Source: Laetmonice hystrix
Lineage: Eukaryota
Length of the DNA: 64,000 nucleotides
Reading direction: 5' to 3'
Assembly: GCA_965235115.1 (NCBI GenBank)
Contig: OZ249436.1
Coordinates: 38,504,001 to 38,568,000, forward strand
Part shown: piece after piece, positions 63,494 to 64,000 of the stretch
Numbering within the stretch: position 1 is the stretch's first letter
How the letters are laid out: every line of letters begins with the position of its first letter
The notes under the pieces: model-generated
Told to the model about the DNA's origin: nothing
Databases searched by the model: none
The model's input: the letters and a program-made list of their open reading frames with translations, nothing else
Program-made: the position numbers and the translations under genes

Positions 63494-64000
63494 GTAGGTG
63501 TAGACCAAAGGCTTATAGCGTGTTCTTCAGATCGAGTTGTACAGGTAGGTGTAGACCATAAGCTTATCATGTTCTTCAGATCGAGTTGTACAGGTAGGTG
63601 TAGACCATAAGCTTATCGTATGTTCTTCAGATCGAGTTGTACAGGTAGGTGTAGACCATAAGCTTATAGCGTGTTCTTCAGATCGAGTTGTACAGGTAGG
63701 TGTAGACCATAAGCTTATCGCATGTTCTTCAGATCGAGTTGTACACGTAGGTGTAGACCATAAGCTTATCATGTTCTTCAGATCGAGTTGTACAGGTAGG
63801 TGTAGACCATAAGCTTATCGTATGTTCTTCAGATCGAGTTGTACAGGTAGGTGTAGACCATAAGCTTATAGCGTGTTCTTCAGATCGAGTTGTACAGGTA
63901 GGTGTAGACCATAAGCTTATCATGTTCTTCAGATCGAGTTGTACAGGTAGGTGTAGACCATAAGCTTATCGTATGTTCTTCAGATCGAGTTGTACAGGTA
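63480..64000 (+). repeat. 49-51-bp minisatellite (>=10 copies) spanning the exon 59 donor
   Basis: Unit ATCGAGTTGTACAG|GTAGGTGTAGACCATAAGCTTATC(GT)ATGTTCTTCAG. Confidence 0.95.

Overview
Eukaryotic, intron-rich genomic DNA, most likely from a marine invertebrate (inferred from the SINE and MITE types; the species cannot be determined). Most of the window (16424 to the end, + strand) is a divergent inositol 1,4,5-trisphosphate receptor (IP3R/ITPR)-like Ca2+-release channel gene. I traced 59 phase-consistent GT-AG exons by hand (about 6497 nt, about 2165 aa), from the N-terminal suppressor domain through MIR, RIH and RIH-associated regions to the first TM helix. The gene continues past the window, and several canonical IP3-contact residues are substituted. 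The first ~1.9 kb probably holds the 3' end of another, unidentified + strand gene. Intergenic and intronic DNA contains two SINEs, a decayed LINE reverse transcriptase, many non-autonomous DNA transposons and microsatellites. The most striking unexplained pattern is eight unrelated minisatellite arrays anchored on exon-intron junctions, most of which amplify the splice site itself into 9-45 decoy copies. One ends in a 54-nt in-frame candidate cassette exon copied from a downstream exon. Most ORFs in the supplied track are spurious or repeat-derived.
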